From the IMG/VR virus record IMGVR_UViG_3300010340_001122: a DNA stretch of 64,000 nt. One strand, given 5' to 3'. Positions 10,335 to 20,993 of the stretch are shown here, piece after piece (the first letter of the stretch is position 1; every line of letters starts with the position of its first letter). Below the pieces are notes generated by a model that was not told the DNA's origin, did no database searches, and saw only the letters and a program-made list of their open reading frames with translations. The translations under genes and the position numbers were made by a program. This DNA is from a virus (taxonomy: Duplodnaviria; Caudoviricetes).

Positions 10335-10631
10335 ATGAAGAAAGGTAATGGTAACAAGGATGATAGTTTTATTGATGAAATTGTTTTAACATTTTCAAAT
10401 AAAAAGTCTTTGCTAAGTTCTAAAAAAATTGAAAGATTTGTTATATTTAACGTTTTTTTAGTTTTAACTATATTTTATATTTGGAAAAATATTGATACTA
10501 TGGATACAAGAGATTTTATTGAAATAACTCTTGTTTGGTTAGGTTATGGCGGTTATAATTCTTTTATGAGTTTTAAAGATAAAAAATTAGATTCTCAAGA
10601 ATCGGGTCCTGATGATCCTAATCTTGTTTGA
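10335..10631 (+). CDS. Two-TM membrane protein (holin-like)
   Basis: Two hydrophobic segments and a charged tail; about 1 kb from the lysozyme. Confidence 0.5.
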   Translation: MKKGNGNKDDSFIDEIVLTFSNKKSLLSSKKIERFVIFNVFLVLTIFYIWKNIDTMDTRDFIEITLVWLGYGGYNSFMSFKDKKLDSQESGPDDPNLV

Positions 10632-11025
10632 TAAAATATAACCATACAAAATCAGTATATTCAATCATTAGAAATGTTATTAGTTGATTAGTTGATCCAA
10701 TGCTACAATGAAATATAGATTCCTTATCAGATATTAAAAATGTCCTAAATCTATTAGTTATCTTTGGATCATCTGGTGAAACACCAATGTAATCAATTTC
10801 ACAATTAATAATATCATATTCTTTTATTTCTGAAGAGTATATTTTTATTTTATTATCATTTATATCTACTAATATATCACAATAAATTGAAGATTCTCTA
10901 ATCCATGTTACTGAATCTTTATTGTTTTTAATACCTCTAACAAATTTATATGATTTTAAAGAATCTTGAGAAAAAATTGTTGTTGATAAAATCAGTGATG
11001 TTAATAACGTTATTATTTTAATCAT
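10618..11025 (-). CDS. Secreted hypothetical protein
   Basis: Signal peptide ending IFSQ, typical of Bacteroidota. Confidence 0.65.
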   Translation of the reverse strand: MIKIITLLTSLILSTTIFSQDSLKSYKFVRGIKNNKDSVTWIRESSIYCDILVDINDNKIKIYSSEIKEYDIINCEIDYIGVSPDDPKITNRFRTFLISDKESIFHCSIGSTNQLITFLMIEYTDFVWLYFIKQD

Positions 11026-11122
11026 TAAAAATTAATTTTTACAAATATAGTATTATATTTTTAAATTTGAAAATTGTTCTTATTATTCTTATTTAATATA
11101 TAAGATAAATCAATAAATTAAC

Positions 11123-13024
11123 TTGGCTTATATTCAACAAGAAAATCCGATGCCATTTGTGGGTGGATATATAACCTTTGAGGTTGATAATAATGATTGG
11201 GCTACTTTTGGTCAAACTGTTTTAGTTTCCACACCAAATCCTGGATCTATTATTATAGGATATTTCACTATTTATAATATTATCTTTTCACCAAGACTGT
11301 TATTGGTATGCATTAACGATCCTTTATATACATCATATAATTTGCCACCAACAACCCCTATACCACAAGGATGCTATATAGGACCTGGAGCGCCACCACT
11401 TGGTCCAGCTGGATCCAGTGGTGTGCAAGGACCTACTGGACCAAGTGGTGGTCCACAAGGACCTCAAGGAAATACTGGAGTTCAGGGACCACAAGGACCA
11501 TCTGGATCTCAAGGATCACAAGGACTCCAAGGAAATACTGGGTCTCAAGGAAATACTGGAGTTCAAGGACCACAAGGACCATCTGGATCTCAAGGACCAC
11601 AAGGACTCCAAGGAAATACTGGAGTTCAAGGACCACAAGGACCATCTGGATCTCAAGGACCACAAGGACTCCAAGGAAATACTGGAGTTCAAGGACCACA
11701 AGGACCATCTGGATCTCAAGGACCACAAGGACTCCAAGGAAATACTGGAGTTCAAGGAAATACTGGAGTTCAAGGACCACAAGGACCATCTGGATCTCAA
11801 GGAACACAAGGACTCCAAGGAAATACTGGGTCTCAAGGAAATACTGGAGTTCAAGGACCACAAGGACCCGGAATAGAAGTCACAAATTTTTCTGATGATA
11901 GAGTTTTAACATCTGATGGGACACAATATGGAGCAAATGCTGAAGATAATTTAACATTTGATGGATATTTATTAACAGTTATTGGTAGTGCGACTATATC
12001 TGGTACACTAAGTGTTTCTGGATATAGTTTTCCAAATTTTGATGGGTTAGATGGCCAATTTATATACACAAATGGAGATGGGATTTTAGGATGGACTTAT
12101 TCGATTGGTGGTAGTGGATCAGTTGGACCTCAAGGAGATCCAGGACCACAAGGAGATGCAGGATCACCAGGACCACAAGGAGATCCAGGACCACAAGGAG
12201 ATGCTGGATCACCGGGACCTCAAGGAGATCCAGGACCACAAGGAGATGCTGGATCACCAGGACCACAAGGAGATCCGGGACCACAAGGAGATGCTGGATC
12301 ACCGGGACCACAAGGAGATCCGGGACCACAAGGAGATGCTGGATCACCGGGACCTCAAGGAGATCCAGGACCTCAAGGAGATCCAGGACCTCAAGGAAAT
12401 ACAGGACCACAAGGAAATACAGGACCACAAGGAAATACAGGACCACAAGGAAATACAGGACCTCAAGGAAATACAGGACCACAAGGAAATACAGGACCAC
12501 AAGGATCTGGTGGTGGAGATACAGGGCCACAAGGAAATACAGGACCACAAGGATCTGGAACAATTGGAAATACAGGACCTCAAGGAAATACAGGACCACA
12601 AGGATCTGGTGGTGGAAATACAGGACCTCAAGGAAATACAGGACCACAAGGATCTGGTGGTGGAAATACAGGACCTCAAGGAAATACAGGACCATCCGGT
12701 GAAAGCACTGTAGTTTCACTGACAGATGTCTCATCAATATCAACAGATGCTTCTTTGGGTAATGTCTTTTATGTTACATTAGGTGGAAATAGAACTCTTT
12801 CAAATCCAACCAATCCTACAAGTGGTAAAAGAATTATTTGGAGAATTAAACAAGATGCTACTGGGGGTAGATCTATTTCTTTGGATACGAAATTTAGACT
12901 TGGCACAGATATAACGTCTGTTGTACTTTCAACATCCCCTGATGTGACTGATTATATAGGTGCTATATATAATGCTCAAGATGATAAATGGGATATTATA
13001 GCATTTGTTAAAGGGTTCTCTTAA
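11123..13024 (+). CDS. Collagen-like tail fibre protein
   Basis: Two Gly-X-Y blocks ([12 protein letters not shown]); C-terminal [14 protein letters not shown]...QDATGGR domain; TTG start. Confidence 0.85.
   Translation: MAYIQQENPMPFVGGYITFEVDNNDWATFGQTVLVSTPNPGSIIIGYFTIYNIIFSPRLLLVCINDPLYTSYNLPPTTPIPQGCYIGPGAPPLGPAGSSGVQGPTGPSGGPQGPQGNTGVQGPQGPSGSQGSQGLQGNTGSQGNTGVQGPQGPSGSQGPQGLQGNTGVQGPQGPSGSQGPQGLQGNTGVQGPQGPSGSQGPQGLQGNTGVQGNTGVQGPQGPSGSQGTQGLQGNTGSQGNTGVQGPQGPGIEVTNFSDDRVLTSDGTQYGANAEDNLTFDGYLLTVIGSATISGTLSVSGYSFPNFDGLDGQFIYTNGDGILGWTYSIGGSGSVGPQGDPGPQGDAGSPGPQGDPGPQGDAGSPGPQGDPGPQGDAGSPGPQGDPGPQGDAGSPGPQGDPGPQGDAGSPGPQGDPGPQGDPGPQGNTGPQGNTGPQGNTGPQGNTGPQGNTGPQGNTGPQGSGGGDTGPQGNTGPQGSGTIGNTGPQGNTGPQGSGGGNTGPQGNTGPQGSGGGNTGPQGNTGPSGESTVVSLTDVSSISTDASLGNVFYVTLGGNRTLSNPTNPTSGKRIIWRIKQDATGGRSISLDTKFRLGTDITSVVLSTSPDVTDYIGAIYNAQDDKWDIIAFVKGFS
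11400..11870 (+). repeat. Collagen repeat block 1
   Basis: Tandem 54-nt-type units built from 9-nt Gly-X-Y codons. Confidence 0.9.
12125..12700 (+). repeat. Collagen repeat block 2
   Basis: Tandem 45-nt ([15 protein letters not shown]) and 18-nt (GPQGNT) units. Confidence 0.9.
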
Positions 13025-13041
13025 AAATAATAAATAGTATT

Positions 13042-13221
13042 ATGTGGACATATGAATATATTAATAAATCTATTTCATCAGATTCGTACATTCGAACACT
13101 AGTTGTTTATATTGATACCATCGAATATGCTCGAGAATATGTTAAAATGTTTGAAGATGATGAAACAAAATGGGATGATTTTGCAAATTCACATATATTA
13201 TATTTAAAATCGATGTTATAA
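13042..13221 (+). CDS. Small protein in fibre module (59 aa, not in ORF track)
   Basis: MWTYEYINK...LKSML fills the gap between the two fibre genes. Confidence 0.55.
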   Translation: MWTYEYINKSISSDSYIRTLVVYIDTIEYAREYVKMFEDDETKWDDFANSHILYLKSML

Positions 13222-13224
13222 AAA

Positions 13225-15762
13225 ATGGCGTATCTGTTAAGTAAACAAAGTGGAAATTGGTCTTCGTCATCAACATGGGAGGTCGCAGGATTTACCTCTA
13301 TAGTAGTTGCAGCTGCGTTGAGTGTAACTACAGCTTATGTTGCTAGTTCATCATCTACACCAGGAGCAATAACAATGACAGGAGTTTGGTTATATTTATA
13401 TAGTAGAGCGACCACACCATCTGGTACAGTAGATATTCAACTTTGGAACAGCACATCATCTGTTCAAGTAGCAATAGTTACAGTGAATATCAGTGATTTA
13501 CCAAAAACTCCGGTTTTGGGAGCAGGTAGAGGTATTTTTTTTAGATTTTCATCACCAGTAATACTTCTAGCAGCAACATCATATCAGATTAGGATAAAAG
13601 CTACTTCTGCTAATAAAGTTGCATTTTGGAGAACTGCAACAAGTTCGACAGATTGGGCAAGAATATTTGTAACCTCAACTAACGCTACTCCAAGTGTTTC
13701 AGATATTATGTTTATACAAGGTAGTTATGACGGAGTTGGATCTTCGACAGATATAACAGTAACTATGGATAATAATAATTCCACTTTATACGGAGCTGTA
13801 ATGACAGGACTCAAGGGAACTTTAGATTGGGTAACGAACGCATCAACTGAACTTAGATTAAATGGTGAAGTTTGGTCAGCTTCTTCTGTTTCATTATTAG
13901 TATCAGCGGGTACTTTTAAAATGGGTTCAACATCATCAAGAATCGAATCTGGATTTACGGCTAGTTTAATAATAGATGCTGGTGTATTAAGTGCAAAAAG
14001 AATTCAAGTTCAATATGGTGAATTCATAGCGGCTGGGTCAACTATGTCTTATACTTGGACAACGCTTGACTCAGATGTATCAATTGGTAGTACATCAGCA
14101 ACCACATCCGTTGCAACTGGATGGGGTATTGGGAGTGATATAGTCATTTCACCAACGATTAGACATACTAGTACATCAACGACGATACAATATGATCGTA
14201 GAACTCTAACATCAGTATCTGGTACGAGTTTAGGCTTTTCATCATTAACATATCCACACTCCGGAACAGGTGATATATCAGCAGATGTGATAAATTTAAG
14301 TAGAAATTGTAAAATAAAATCATTGGTTCCAACTTTAAGAACTTATATGTTGGGATCTAGTTTAGATTCTAATATAAACCTAAATGATGTTGAATTTATA
14401 AATTTTGGATCAGGTCAATCATCAACAGGTGCTATAACTTTTAATGGTGGAGGTGCTTCCGGATCACTATATGTTAAAAACTGTTCATTTAATGATTGTT
14501 CTAGTGGAGTTGTTTTTACAACAACGACCAATTTTTATAATTGTATCGTCGATAATTGTGTATATAGTACAAGAGCTGCAACTACTGGTGCTCTTGTATA
14601 TCATGGATCATTAGTAACTACTCAACCAATATCTATAAATTCATATATATCAAATAATTGTATGATTTTTGGTGGAACATCATCTCAAGCAGGTGGGATA
14701 ATATTATACAATAACGCAATAGATGTTGAAAATAATAGTATATCAGGAATTCAAATAGCTTCTAGTTTTCAATATGGACAAGCAATAACTTATATTATAA
14801 GTGGTAAATTTAATAATAATATTGGAAGATTTTGTGGAAATGGACTTTTACTATATTTTGCTGATTCTTTAATAACTGGTTATCATCCAACTGGTAATAA
14901 ATCAATATTTAATTTAGGATATGGATTTTATTTACCAGGAATAACAAATACTAGAATTAATGATTTAGTTGCAATTGGTAATTCTACCAATCTATTAGGT
15001 GCATATTCTGTCAGCGCAACCACCAAAAATGTTATAATCAATAATGCTAATATACAGAGCGATTCAACATACACAAGTGCTGTTGGACTTTTATTATCTT
15101 TAAGTACTTATCCATCTAGATCCGCGTCAGTAGAATTAACTTTTAATAATTGCAATATTGGAAACTCGGAGTCACATACAACAGCTGATATCAGATTTTC
15201 AGCTGATTCAGATCAAGATTGTAATTTATTATTTAACAATTGTGGTTTAGGATCATCAATAGAAGTTTCACAACCACAATATATGTCCATAAACTCTAAA
15301 GTGGCTTTTCAACGAGTTGATCAAGTTAATGGTGCTCATAGAACATACTATAAGAACGGATTAGTTATTTTAGATACAACTATTTATAGGTCATCCGGGA
15401 AAAGTGTTAGATTGACACCATCAACAACATCACTTCAAAATTTTGGACTAAAAAAAATCCCAGTTAGAGAAGGAACAACCCCATCTATATCTGTGTGGGT
15501 TAGAAAATCAGAAACATCTGATGGTTCAGATTATAACGGAACACAACCTAGATTATGGTTAAAAAACAACCAAGCTATTGCAAACTTCGGAACATATGAT
15601 GATATCATATTAGCCACCGCGTCAGGTACTAATGGGGTTTGGGAGCAACTAAGTGCTACCTTACCTGTTATCTCATATGAAGACACAGCATTTGAGGTAT
15701 ATTTAGATTGTAGTGGAACATCAGGATGGGTTAATGTGGATGATTGGAGGGTCTCACTATAA
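13225..15762 (+). CDS. Large S/T/G-rich tail fibre/spike protein with beta-helix region
   Basis: SGNWSSSSTW start; ADVINLSRN; repeated N/C/I beta-helix-like rungs. Confidence 0.7.
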   Translation: MAYLLSKQSGNWSSSSTWEVAGFTSIVVAAALSVTTAYVASSSSTPGAITMTGVWLYLYSRATTPSGTVDIQLWNSTSSVQVAIVTVNISDLPKTPVLGAGRGIFFRFSSPVILLAATSYQIRIKATSANKVAFWRTATSSTDWARIFVTSTNATPSVSDIMFIQGSYDGVGSSTDITVTMDNNNSTLYGAVMTGLKGTLDWVTNASTELRLNGEVWSASSVSLLVSAGTFKMGSTSSRIESGFTASLIIDAGVLSAKRIQVQYGEFIAAGSTMSYTWTTLDSDVSIGSTSATTSVATGWGIGSDIVISPTIRHTSTSTTIQYDRRTLTSVSGTSLGFSSLTYPHSGTGDISADVINLSRNCKIKSLVPTLRTYMLGSSLDSNINLNDVEFINFGSGQSSTGAITFNGGGASGSLYVKNCSFNDCSSGVVFTTTTNFYNCIVDNCVYSTRAATTGALVYHGSLVTTQPISINSYISNNCMIFGGTSSQAGGIILYNNAIDVENNSISGIQIASSFQYGQAITYIISGKFNNNIGRFCGNGLLLYFADSLITGYHPTGNKSIFNLGYGFYLPGITNTRINDLVAIGNSTNLLGAYSVSATTKNVIINNANIQSDSTYTSAVGLLLSLSTYPSRSASVELTFNNCNIGNSESHTTADIRFSADSDQDCNLLFNNCGLGSSIEVSQPQYMSINSKVAFQRVDQVNGAHRTYYKNGLVILDTTIYRSSGKSVRLTPSTTSLQNFGLKKIPVREGTTPSISVWVRKSETSDGSDYNGTQPRLWLKNNQAIANFGTYDDIILATASGTNGVWEQLSATLPVISYEDTAFEVYLDCSGTSGWVNVDDWRVSL

Positions 15763-15932
15763 TGAATAATAGTTCAGACAACGGCCAAGAATCTATCTGG
15801 ATAGATGGTATACCTTATACATCATATAATACCGGACTTCCAGTTAAAGAGGAGTGTTTCTGGGTAGATGGTGAGAGTTTTATATTTTTAATGTCTGATC
15901 CAACTGATGGATCATTTTTAGAATTTTTCTAA
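15762..15932 (+). CDS. Small acidic protein
   Basis: Twofold E..W.DG repeat; start overlaps upstream stop. Confidence 0.5.
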   Translation: MNNSSDNGQESIWIDGIPYTSYNTGLPVKEECFWVDGESFIFLMSDPTDGSFLEFF

Positions 15933-16444
15933 TCTGATTTTCTTTTTCCAAATAAGAAAGATATGCTTGCTCCAAATTGTGGTTTAATATTAATCAAATC
16001 ACTTTGTGATGATACTCTTAAATCTAAAGAGATTCTATCAATATCAGCACCAATACCTACAATTGGTGCAATATAGTTTGGATTTGATTTATATGTTAAT
16101 GTATTTAAACCTCTTTTGGTGGATCCGATAAATGATAGATCAGATCTTAATTCACCACCTATATTAAATCTTATAGTTCTAAGTGCTCTAATTCCAAATA
16201 AAATAGGAATTCTCATTTCAGAAAATTGTGATTTTTTGGAATCCCAAGTTAAATTTACTTCGGGTTGAATATATTTCCAATTTTTTATTCTTCGAACAGT
16301 GAATCCAAATTGCAAAGTGTTGTATTCAAATTTTTCCGAATTACTTACTAATCCAATATTGGGTCCATAATTTGTTATGGGCTTATTTTGTCCAAACGAT
16401 AATGAAAATATAAAGACTAAAATAACTGTTAGTAGATTTTTCAT
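15929..16444 (-). CDS. Outer-membrane beta-barrel protein (PorT-like)
   Basis: Signal peptide; YGPNIG, YIQPEVN, IPILFG, SLDLR and FGASISFLF amphipathic strands. Confidence 0.7.
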   Translation of the reverse strand: MKNLLTVILVFIFSLSFGQNKPITNYGPNIGLVSNSEKFEYNTLQFGFTVRRIKNWKYIQPEVNLTWDSKKSQFSEMRIPILFGIRALRTIRFNIGGELRSDLSFIGSTKRGLNTLTYKSNPNYIAPIVGIGADIDRISLDLRVSSQSDLINIKPQFGASISFLFGKRKSD

Positions 16445-16504
16445 TCAATAAATATAATGAAATTTTTAAAACTTGCCAACTTTTTTACTATAAAATAATA
16501 ATAT

Positions 16505-16852
16505 ATGGTTCTAATATTTAACATAATAATTCAAATTTTTTGGGTAATCTTCATTTTGTTTATCTGGTTCAAAACAGATGCTTTTATTCAATATGTTAAA
16601 CTCTTTAAACTTAGTAGAATAACTAAGGTAAATTTATGGGAATCTTATCGATTATCAAATCCTAAAATTACTTATTTAGAATATATATCTATAAAATATC
16701 GTAATTTTTTCACTAAACTTATAACTTGTAAGCCTTGTCTAACTTTTTGGATAGTTTTAATTTTAGTTTTAATTTTTAATTCAGTGTATCTATTTCCAAT
16801 AATATATATGTTATCTTATATAATATATAAAATACTAGAAAAATATGTCTAA
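16505..16852 (+). CDS. Membrane protein with CxxC
   Basis: KLITCKPCLTFW plus hydrophobic segments. Confidence 0.6.
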   Translation: MVLIFNIIIQIFWVIFILFIWFKTDAFIQYVKLFKLSRITKVNLWESYRLSNPKITYLEYISIKYRNFFTKLITCKPCLTFWIVLILVLIFNSVYLFPIIYMLSYIIYKILEKYV

Positions 16853-17126
16853 TTTTGAAGTAACAAGAAGTTTAGTTATAAATTCTCCTCAAGAGTTTTA
16901 TAAAATAGTTAAAGACTCTGGTATAGATATTAAAAATTTAATACCATTTATGGATAGAATTGAATTATTTCTATATGGTTGTCCTTGTGAGGCAGAAACA
17001 CATTGGGATCAAACAATTTTAGAATATCGTAAAATATCTAAATTAAATTTAGATGAATTGAAAGATAAAATTGGATGTATTTCAATTCAATTTCATCTTG
17101 ATGGCACTATATTATTTAATATTTAA
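16845..17126 (+). CDS. Hypothetical protein
   Basis: 93 aa with GCPC; overlaps upstream stop. Confidence 0.6.
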   Translation: MSNFEVTRSLVINSPQEFYKIVKDSGIDIKNLIPFMDRIELFLYGCPCEAETHWDQTILEYRKISKLNLDELKDKIGCISIQFHLDGTILFNI

Positions 17127-18031
17127 TATTTTTTAATTTTACTAAGTAGATTTGTAAAATCTACTTTCCAATCTTTAAAATAAGTATCTAGAGACCCGAT
17201 AGCAGTATCGATAATAACCCGTCTAATATTTGGATCATCATACATTTTTTTTAACCCCCATACATGTTTAATGTTCCAAGACATATATTGATTAGTGATA
17301 TCAAATCCGATCCTGGGAATCCATTCACTTCCTATATTATCAGATTTTATATGTGGTTGGTATATGTTAGGTATAAGTGTTCCAACATTCATTCCTAATG
17401 TATGTGCTATTGTTGGTAACAAACGTTGCTCAATAAAAATAGTATCAACTGACATTTCTTTTTTAATACTATCTTTATTATTTTGTATTACTTTCAAACT
17501 CCATTTATACCATTCATTTATTAAATTTTTTGAATTTAAGTATAAAAATGCACAATTTATTGGAACAATAGACCAATTAAAGAGTTTCAAATCTTTATTA
17601 TTCATGAAATTATTAGGATCGATATAAGGATTATCCGGATGATTTAAACTTTGCTCCGGATGGTAACCTATAAATTGAAAGTCCGAATCTATATTTATAG
17701 GCTCTTGTATCCAAAGATCAGTATCTATAATAACAAAATCTTTATCTTTTTTTGATATATCAAATGCCGCTTCTATTTTACAGAAACTCCAATATTTGTT
17801 AAGATATTCTTTATACGGTATTTTATCTAAACACTCTGTGTTTATTTCATCATAGAGATTATCTATTCCCCATTTTTTTATGAAGTTTAAATACTCAGAG
17901 TTACAATAAAGACTCATTTTGCCTTCATTTTTTTTCCAAAATAAAATTGAAGCAATCTGAACAAGATAATTTATCTCTTCAAAATCACTATCAATATTTT
18001 TGGATTGATAAAAAACATGATATCCATTCAT
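17123..18031 (-). CDS. Putative GT-A fold glycosyltransferase
   Basis: WSFCKI, IIDTDLW (DxD), NCAFL, EQRLL, HVWG. Confidence 0.65.
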   Translation of the reverse strand: MNGYHVFYQSKNIDSDFEEINYLVQIASILFWKKNEGKMSLYCNSEYLNFIKKWGIDNLYDEINTECLDKIPYKEYLNKYWSFCKIEAAFDISKKDKDFVIIDTDLWIQEPINIDSDFQFIGYHPEQSLNHPDNPYIDPNNFMNNKDLKLFNWSIVPINCAFLYLNSKNLINEWYKWSLKVIQNNKDSIKKEMSVDTIFIEQRLLPTIAHTLGMNVGTLIPNIYQPHIKSDNIGSEWIPRIGFDITNQYMSWNIKHVWGLKKMYDDPNIRRVIIDTAIGSLDTYFKDWKVDFTNLLSKIKKY

Positions 18032-18064
18032 AAAACTTATATAATTTTTTTTAATATCAGTTTT

Positions 18065-18247
18065 ATGTATAACGAACTAAAATCTACAATAAAAGAAATA
18101 AAAAAATCTAAGTCTAAAAATTCTCAAACAAATAAACATATACAATATTCACAATATGTTGCAGAACATATTGATAAAACAATAAAATATACAGATTATT
18201 TGGCTGAACAGTGTTATATATCAACAAGTTACCATGAATATAAATGA
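18065..18247 (+). CDS. Hypothetical protein
   Basis: Twofold Y..Y.AE repeat. Confidence 0.5.
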   Translation: MYNELKSTIKEIKKSKSKNSQTNKHIQYSQYVAEHIDKTIKYTDYLAEQCYISTSYHEYK

Positions 18248-18941
18248 TTATTTTGATAAAATTTATCTTTTAAATTTACACAAAAGGAAAGATAGGCTAA
18301 ATAAGTCAACTGCTAAATTAGATAGTTTAAATATAAAATATGATGTATTTAATGGTACTGATGGTTCTGTTATTCAGAAATTATGGAATAAATTAGATAA
18401 TCCAAATTTCACAAATCCTAATTATGTTGGATGTGCTATTTCACATCTATCAATTTATCAAGATGCTTTACACAATGAATATGAAAAGATTCTTATTATA
18501 GAAGATGATAATTTAATTCATAATGAAGTTGTGAATATATTTGATAGTTTAATTATACCAGACTGGTCAGATTTATTTTATCTTGGATATATACCATTGA
18601 ATGATGATTGTAGTATGTGGGATTATTCATTTGGTATTCAAGGACATAATTTTATATGTGATAAGATATTTAAACCCACAAATCTTTGGGGATTATTTGC
18701 TTATGGTATAAAGTCTGATCTTATGAGAGAAATGGTAAACTTATATAATCAAGAATTTCCAATGGAAATTGATAGGTACTTTGTTAATAATATACAAAAA
18801 AGGGGAAATTCGATTGCGATTTCCCCTCAATTATTTTGTTGCGATGATAATATTTATTCTGATAATTTAGGATTCACACCACCAAATATGACTCAAAAAT
18901 CTATAGATACTCGATTTGCAAATATATCAGATTATATCTAA
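18234..18941 (+). CDS. Glycosyltransferase family 25
   Basis: IYLLNL..RKDR, GCAISHL, ILIIEDD, LFYLG. Confidence 0.85.
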   Translation: MNINDYFDKIYLLNLHKRKDRLNKSTAKLDSLNIKYDVFNGTDGSVIQKLWNKLDNPNFTNPNYVGCAISHLSIYQDALHNEYEKILIIEDDNLIHNEVVNIFDSLIIPDWSDLFYLGYIPLNDDCSMWDYSFGIQGHNFICDKIFKPTNLWGLFAYGIKSDLMREMVNLYNQEFPMEIDRYFVNNIQKRGNSIAISPQLFCCDDNIYSDNLGFTPPNMTQKSIDTRFANISDYI

Positions 18942-19501
18942 TCTAAAATACTTAAGAGTGTTTCATCTCTTCTAAGTGTTCTTAATTCTTTATCTATCGA
19001 CTCTTTAATTATTTGGTAATGTGAAAACTGTTCATCATATTTATCTTGATTTTTATCACAAACAATTTTCCATAGATATTGTTTTATCAAAATCGAGATA
19101 TCTTTATTAGATTCAGTTTCATCATATGAAATAACACCTTCTTTACTTCTAACATGAAATCCAGCCACTACTAGAGTATTTATATCTCTTGATCTTAACC
19201 TTGTATTTATTTTTATTGATTTCTGTGGGTTACTAAAATGGAATTCATAAAGATCATAGGAATAATTGTAGAAGTCTAATGTCCAGTTTTCAATAGTCAT
19301 TGAATTTAGAACATCTCTTAATGTTTTATTATCTGGATCTACATCATTATAATTTGGCAATGCTTTCAATTTCGGAAGAACCACATAATTATCTTTAATT
19401 ATCTTTTCAAGTTTTTCTAATTTGATAGATTCTAACTTAAAAAGAATAATAACACAAAATGCTATTGAAAGCATTGCAAGAAAAATTGAAAAAAATATCA
19501 T
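18938..19501 (-). CDS. Membrane-anchored hypothetical protein with C-terminal tag
   Basis: N-terminal TM; ends LRRDETLLSILD. Confidence 0.65.
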   Translation of the reverse strand: MIFFSIFLAMLSIAFCVIILFKLESIKLEKLEKIIKDNYVVLPKLKALPNYNDVDPDNKTLRDVLNSMTIENWTLDFYNYSYDLYEFHFSNPQKSIKINTRLRSRDINTLVVAGFHVRSKEGVISYDETESNKDISILIKQYLWKIVCDKNQDKYDEQFSHYQIIKESIDKELRTLRRDETLLSILD

Positions 19502-19920
19502 ATATTATATACCAATTTACCATTTACATATCCATATGCATCAACCATTTTATCTAAACGACCTTCGACACGGTACATATAGTTAGATAATAACTGACGA
19601 ATATTTTTATTACCACCAGTATTATCAGAATGAACAAACCAATCAGGTAATTTCTTACCATGATCCATACAATAATTGATTAAGAATTCAGCAGCATCTT
19701 TACCAGTCAATTCTTTTTCGTTTATATCATAGGAGCTAATATCATGGTCAAATGATATAAAATTGATATAGTCAAAATTATTTTTTAATATATCTATAAA
19801 TTGATGATAGTCACGAGCAATAACCCAGTTATTAGCTTTACCAACACCATTACCAAGACCTCGATAATTGTTATGAACAATTGTTGGATCTTTTCTTTTA
19901 TCATCGAGGAATAACCACAT
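19498..19920 (-). CDS. Cyclic-phosphate-processing receiver-like domain protein
   Basis: LFLDDKR, ISFDHD, TGKDAA, VHSDNTGG. Confidence 0.75.
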   Translation of the reverse strand: MWLFLDDKRKDPTIVHNNYRGLGNGVGKANNWVIARDYHQFIDILKNNFDYINFISFDHDISSYDINEKELTGKDAAEFLINYCMDHGKKLPDWFVHSDNTGGNKNIRQLLSNYMYRVEGRLDKMVDAYGYVNGKLVYNI

Positions 19921-19945
19921 AATTTTTACATTTTAACGAATATAA

Positions 19946-20281
19946 TTAAATAAACTCAATATACCTAATTGTTAGATTAAGTTTTTCAGCAAGCTCAATC
20001 TCTCCTTTTACACCAGTAGATTGATCCCAACCATCTATCATATAAACCCATAGTTCATCAGATTTATATAAAAAAGATTCGCAGAAATTTTTCCAAAATT
20101 TCCAATCACCTGGCATATCTCTAAATTTTAAAAGGTTATGTCCATAGAAAATAGGAGAAATGACAACATTACCCTCAGAAATAAGTTCGGCACACTTGTT
20201 AGCAGTTTGTGCATACCTTTTTTCTATAACATCTTTATCTTTATGTGTATATGGTGTTGCTAAATAGATTACTTTACTCAT
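19946..20281 (-). CDS. Nucleoside 2-deoxyribosyltransferase-like (DUF1937-type) protein
   Basis: IYLATPY, SPI, GWDQSTGVKGEIELA. Confidence 0.75.
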   Translation of the reverse strand: MSKVIYLATPYTHKDKDVIEKRYAQTANKCAELISEGNVVISPIFYGHNLLKFRDMPGDWKFWKNFCESFLYKSDELWVYMIDGWDQSTGVKGEIELAEKLNLTIRYIEFI

Positions 20282-20282
20282 A

Positions 20283-20483
20283 TTAATTACAATTACATTT
20301 AGATTTTACAAAGTTAATAAAATTAAATATTTCACCTTGTTTTGTTTTTATACAAATATCTCCTCTATATTCGACAAAAGAATAATCACTATTCAACATA
20401 AGTTGACTAGCGATTATCTTTTGTTTAGAATTAAATTTATTTAAAATAGGCTTTAATTTTATAAGTATATCAGTATTTTTCAC
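20283..20483 (-). CDS. Hypothetical protein
   Basis: 66 aa ORF in operon. Confidence 0.5.
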   Translation of the reverse strand: MKNTDILIKLKPILNKFNSKQKIIASQLMLNSDYSFVEYRGDICIKTKQGEIFNFINFVKSKCNCN

Positions 20484-20493
20484 ATATTATATA

Positions 20494-20925
20494 TTACAAT
20501 GGTAATCCCTTAACAGGATTAGATTGCATAACAAACATTAGAAATAGTGGAAGAGGACCATCAGAATTCATAATGATATTATTTTGGTACTCATATCTAC
20601 CAGAGTAGAGATTTTTACCATTAAACAACATAATAATATCATTATCTGAGTTTCCATAACTTCGATAAATCATGTTATTTTTGATAGTATATAATACTTT
20701 ACTCCAAATTTCATATTGACCATCATAGATGTATTTCCCATCAAATGTTAGGATAACGCTTCCAATATTAGGATATTCTCCTTTATAAAGGCGTTTACCA
20801 TCCCAAGTATATTTAATATCACTTCTTCGAGCATATCTTCCTTCATAGATATGACGACCATCAAAAGTGAAAACTTGATCATTTTGATTTCTATATTGAC
20901 CTCGGAAAATATTAATATTTGACAT
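20494..20925 (-). CDS. Beta-repeat protein
   Basis: About 6 repeats of T(F/W)DG..(I/L)Y.G.Y. Confidence 0.65.
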   Translation of the reverse strand: MSNINIFRGQYRNQNDQVFTFDGRHIYEGRYARRSDIKYTWDGKRLYKGEYPNIGSVILTFDGKYIYDGQYEIWSKVLYTIKNNMIYRSYGNSDNDIIMLFNGKNLYSGRYEYQNNIIMNSDGPLPLFLMFVMQSNPVKGLPL

Positions 20926-20993
20926 TTTTCAGTGTTTGTATTACAAATATACAAAAAAATATAAACAAAAAAAATCTTTTAAGTATAATTTAC

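Noticed and set aside
11371-12743. Alternative-frame and antisense ORFs over the collagen gene
   Set aside because: Shadows of stop-free Gly-X-Y repeats.
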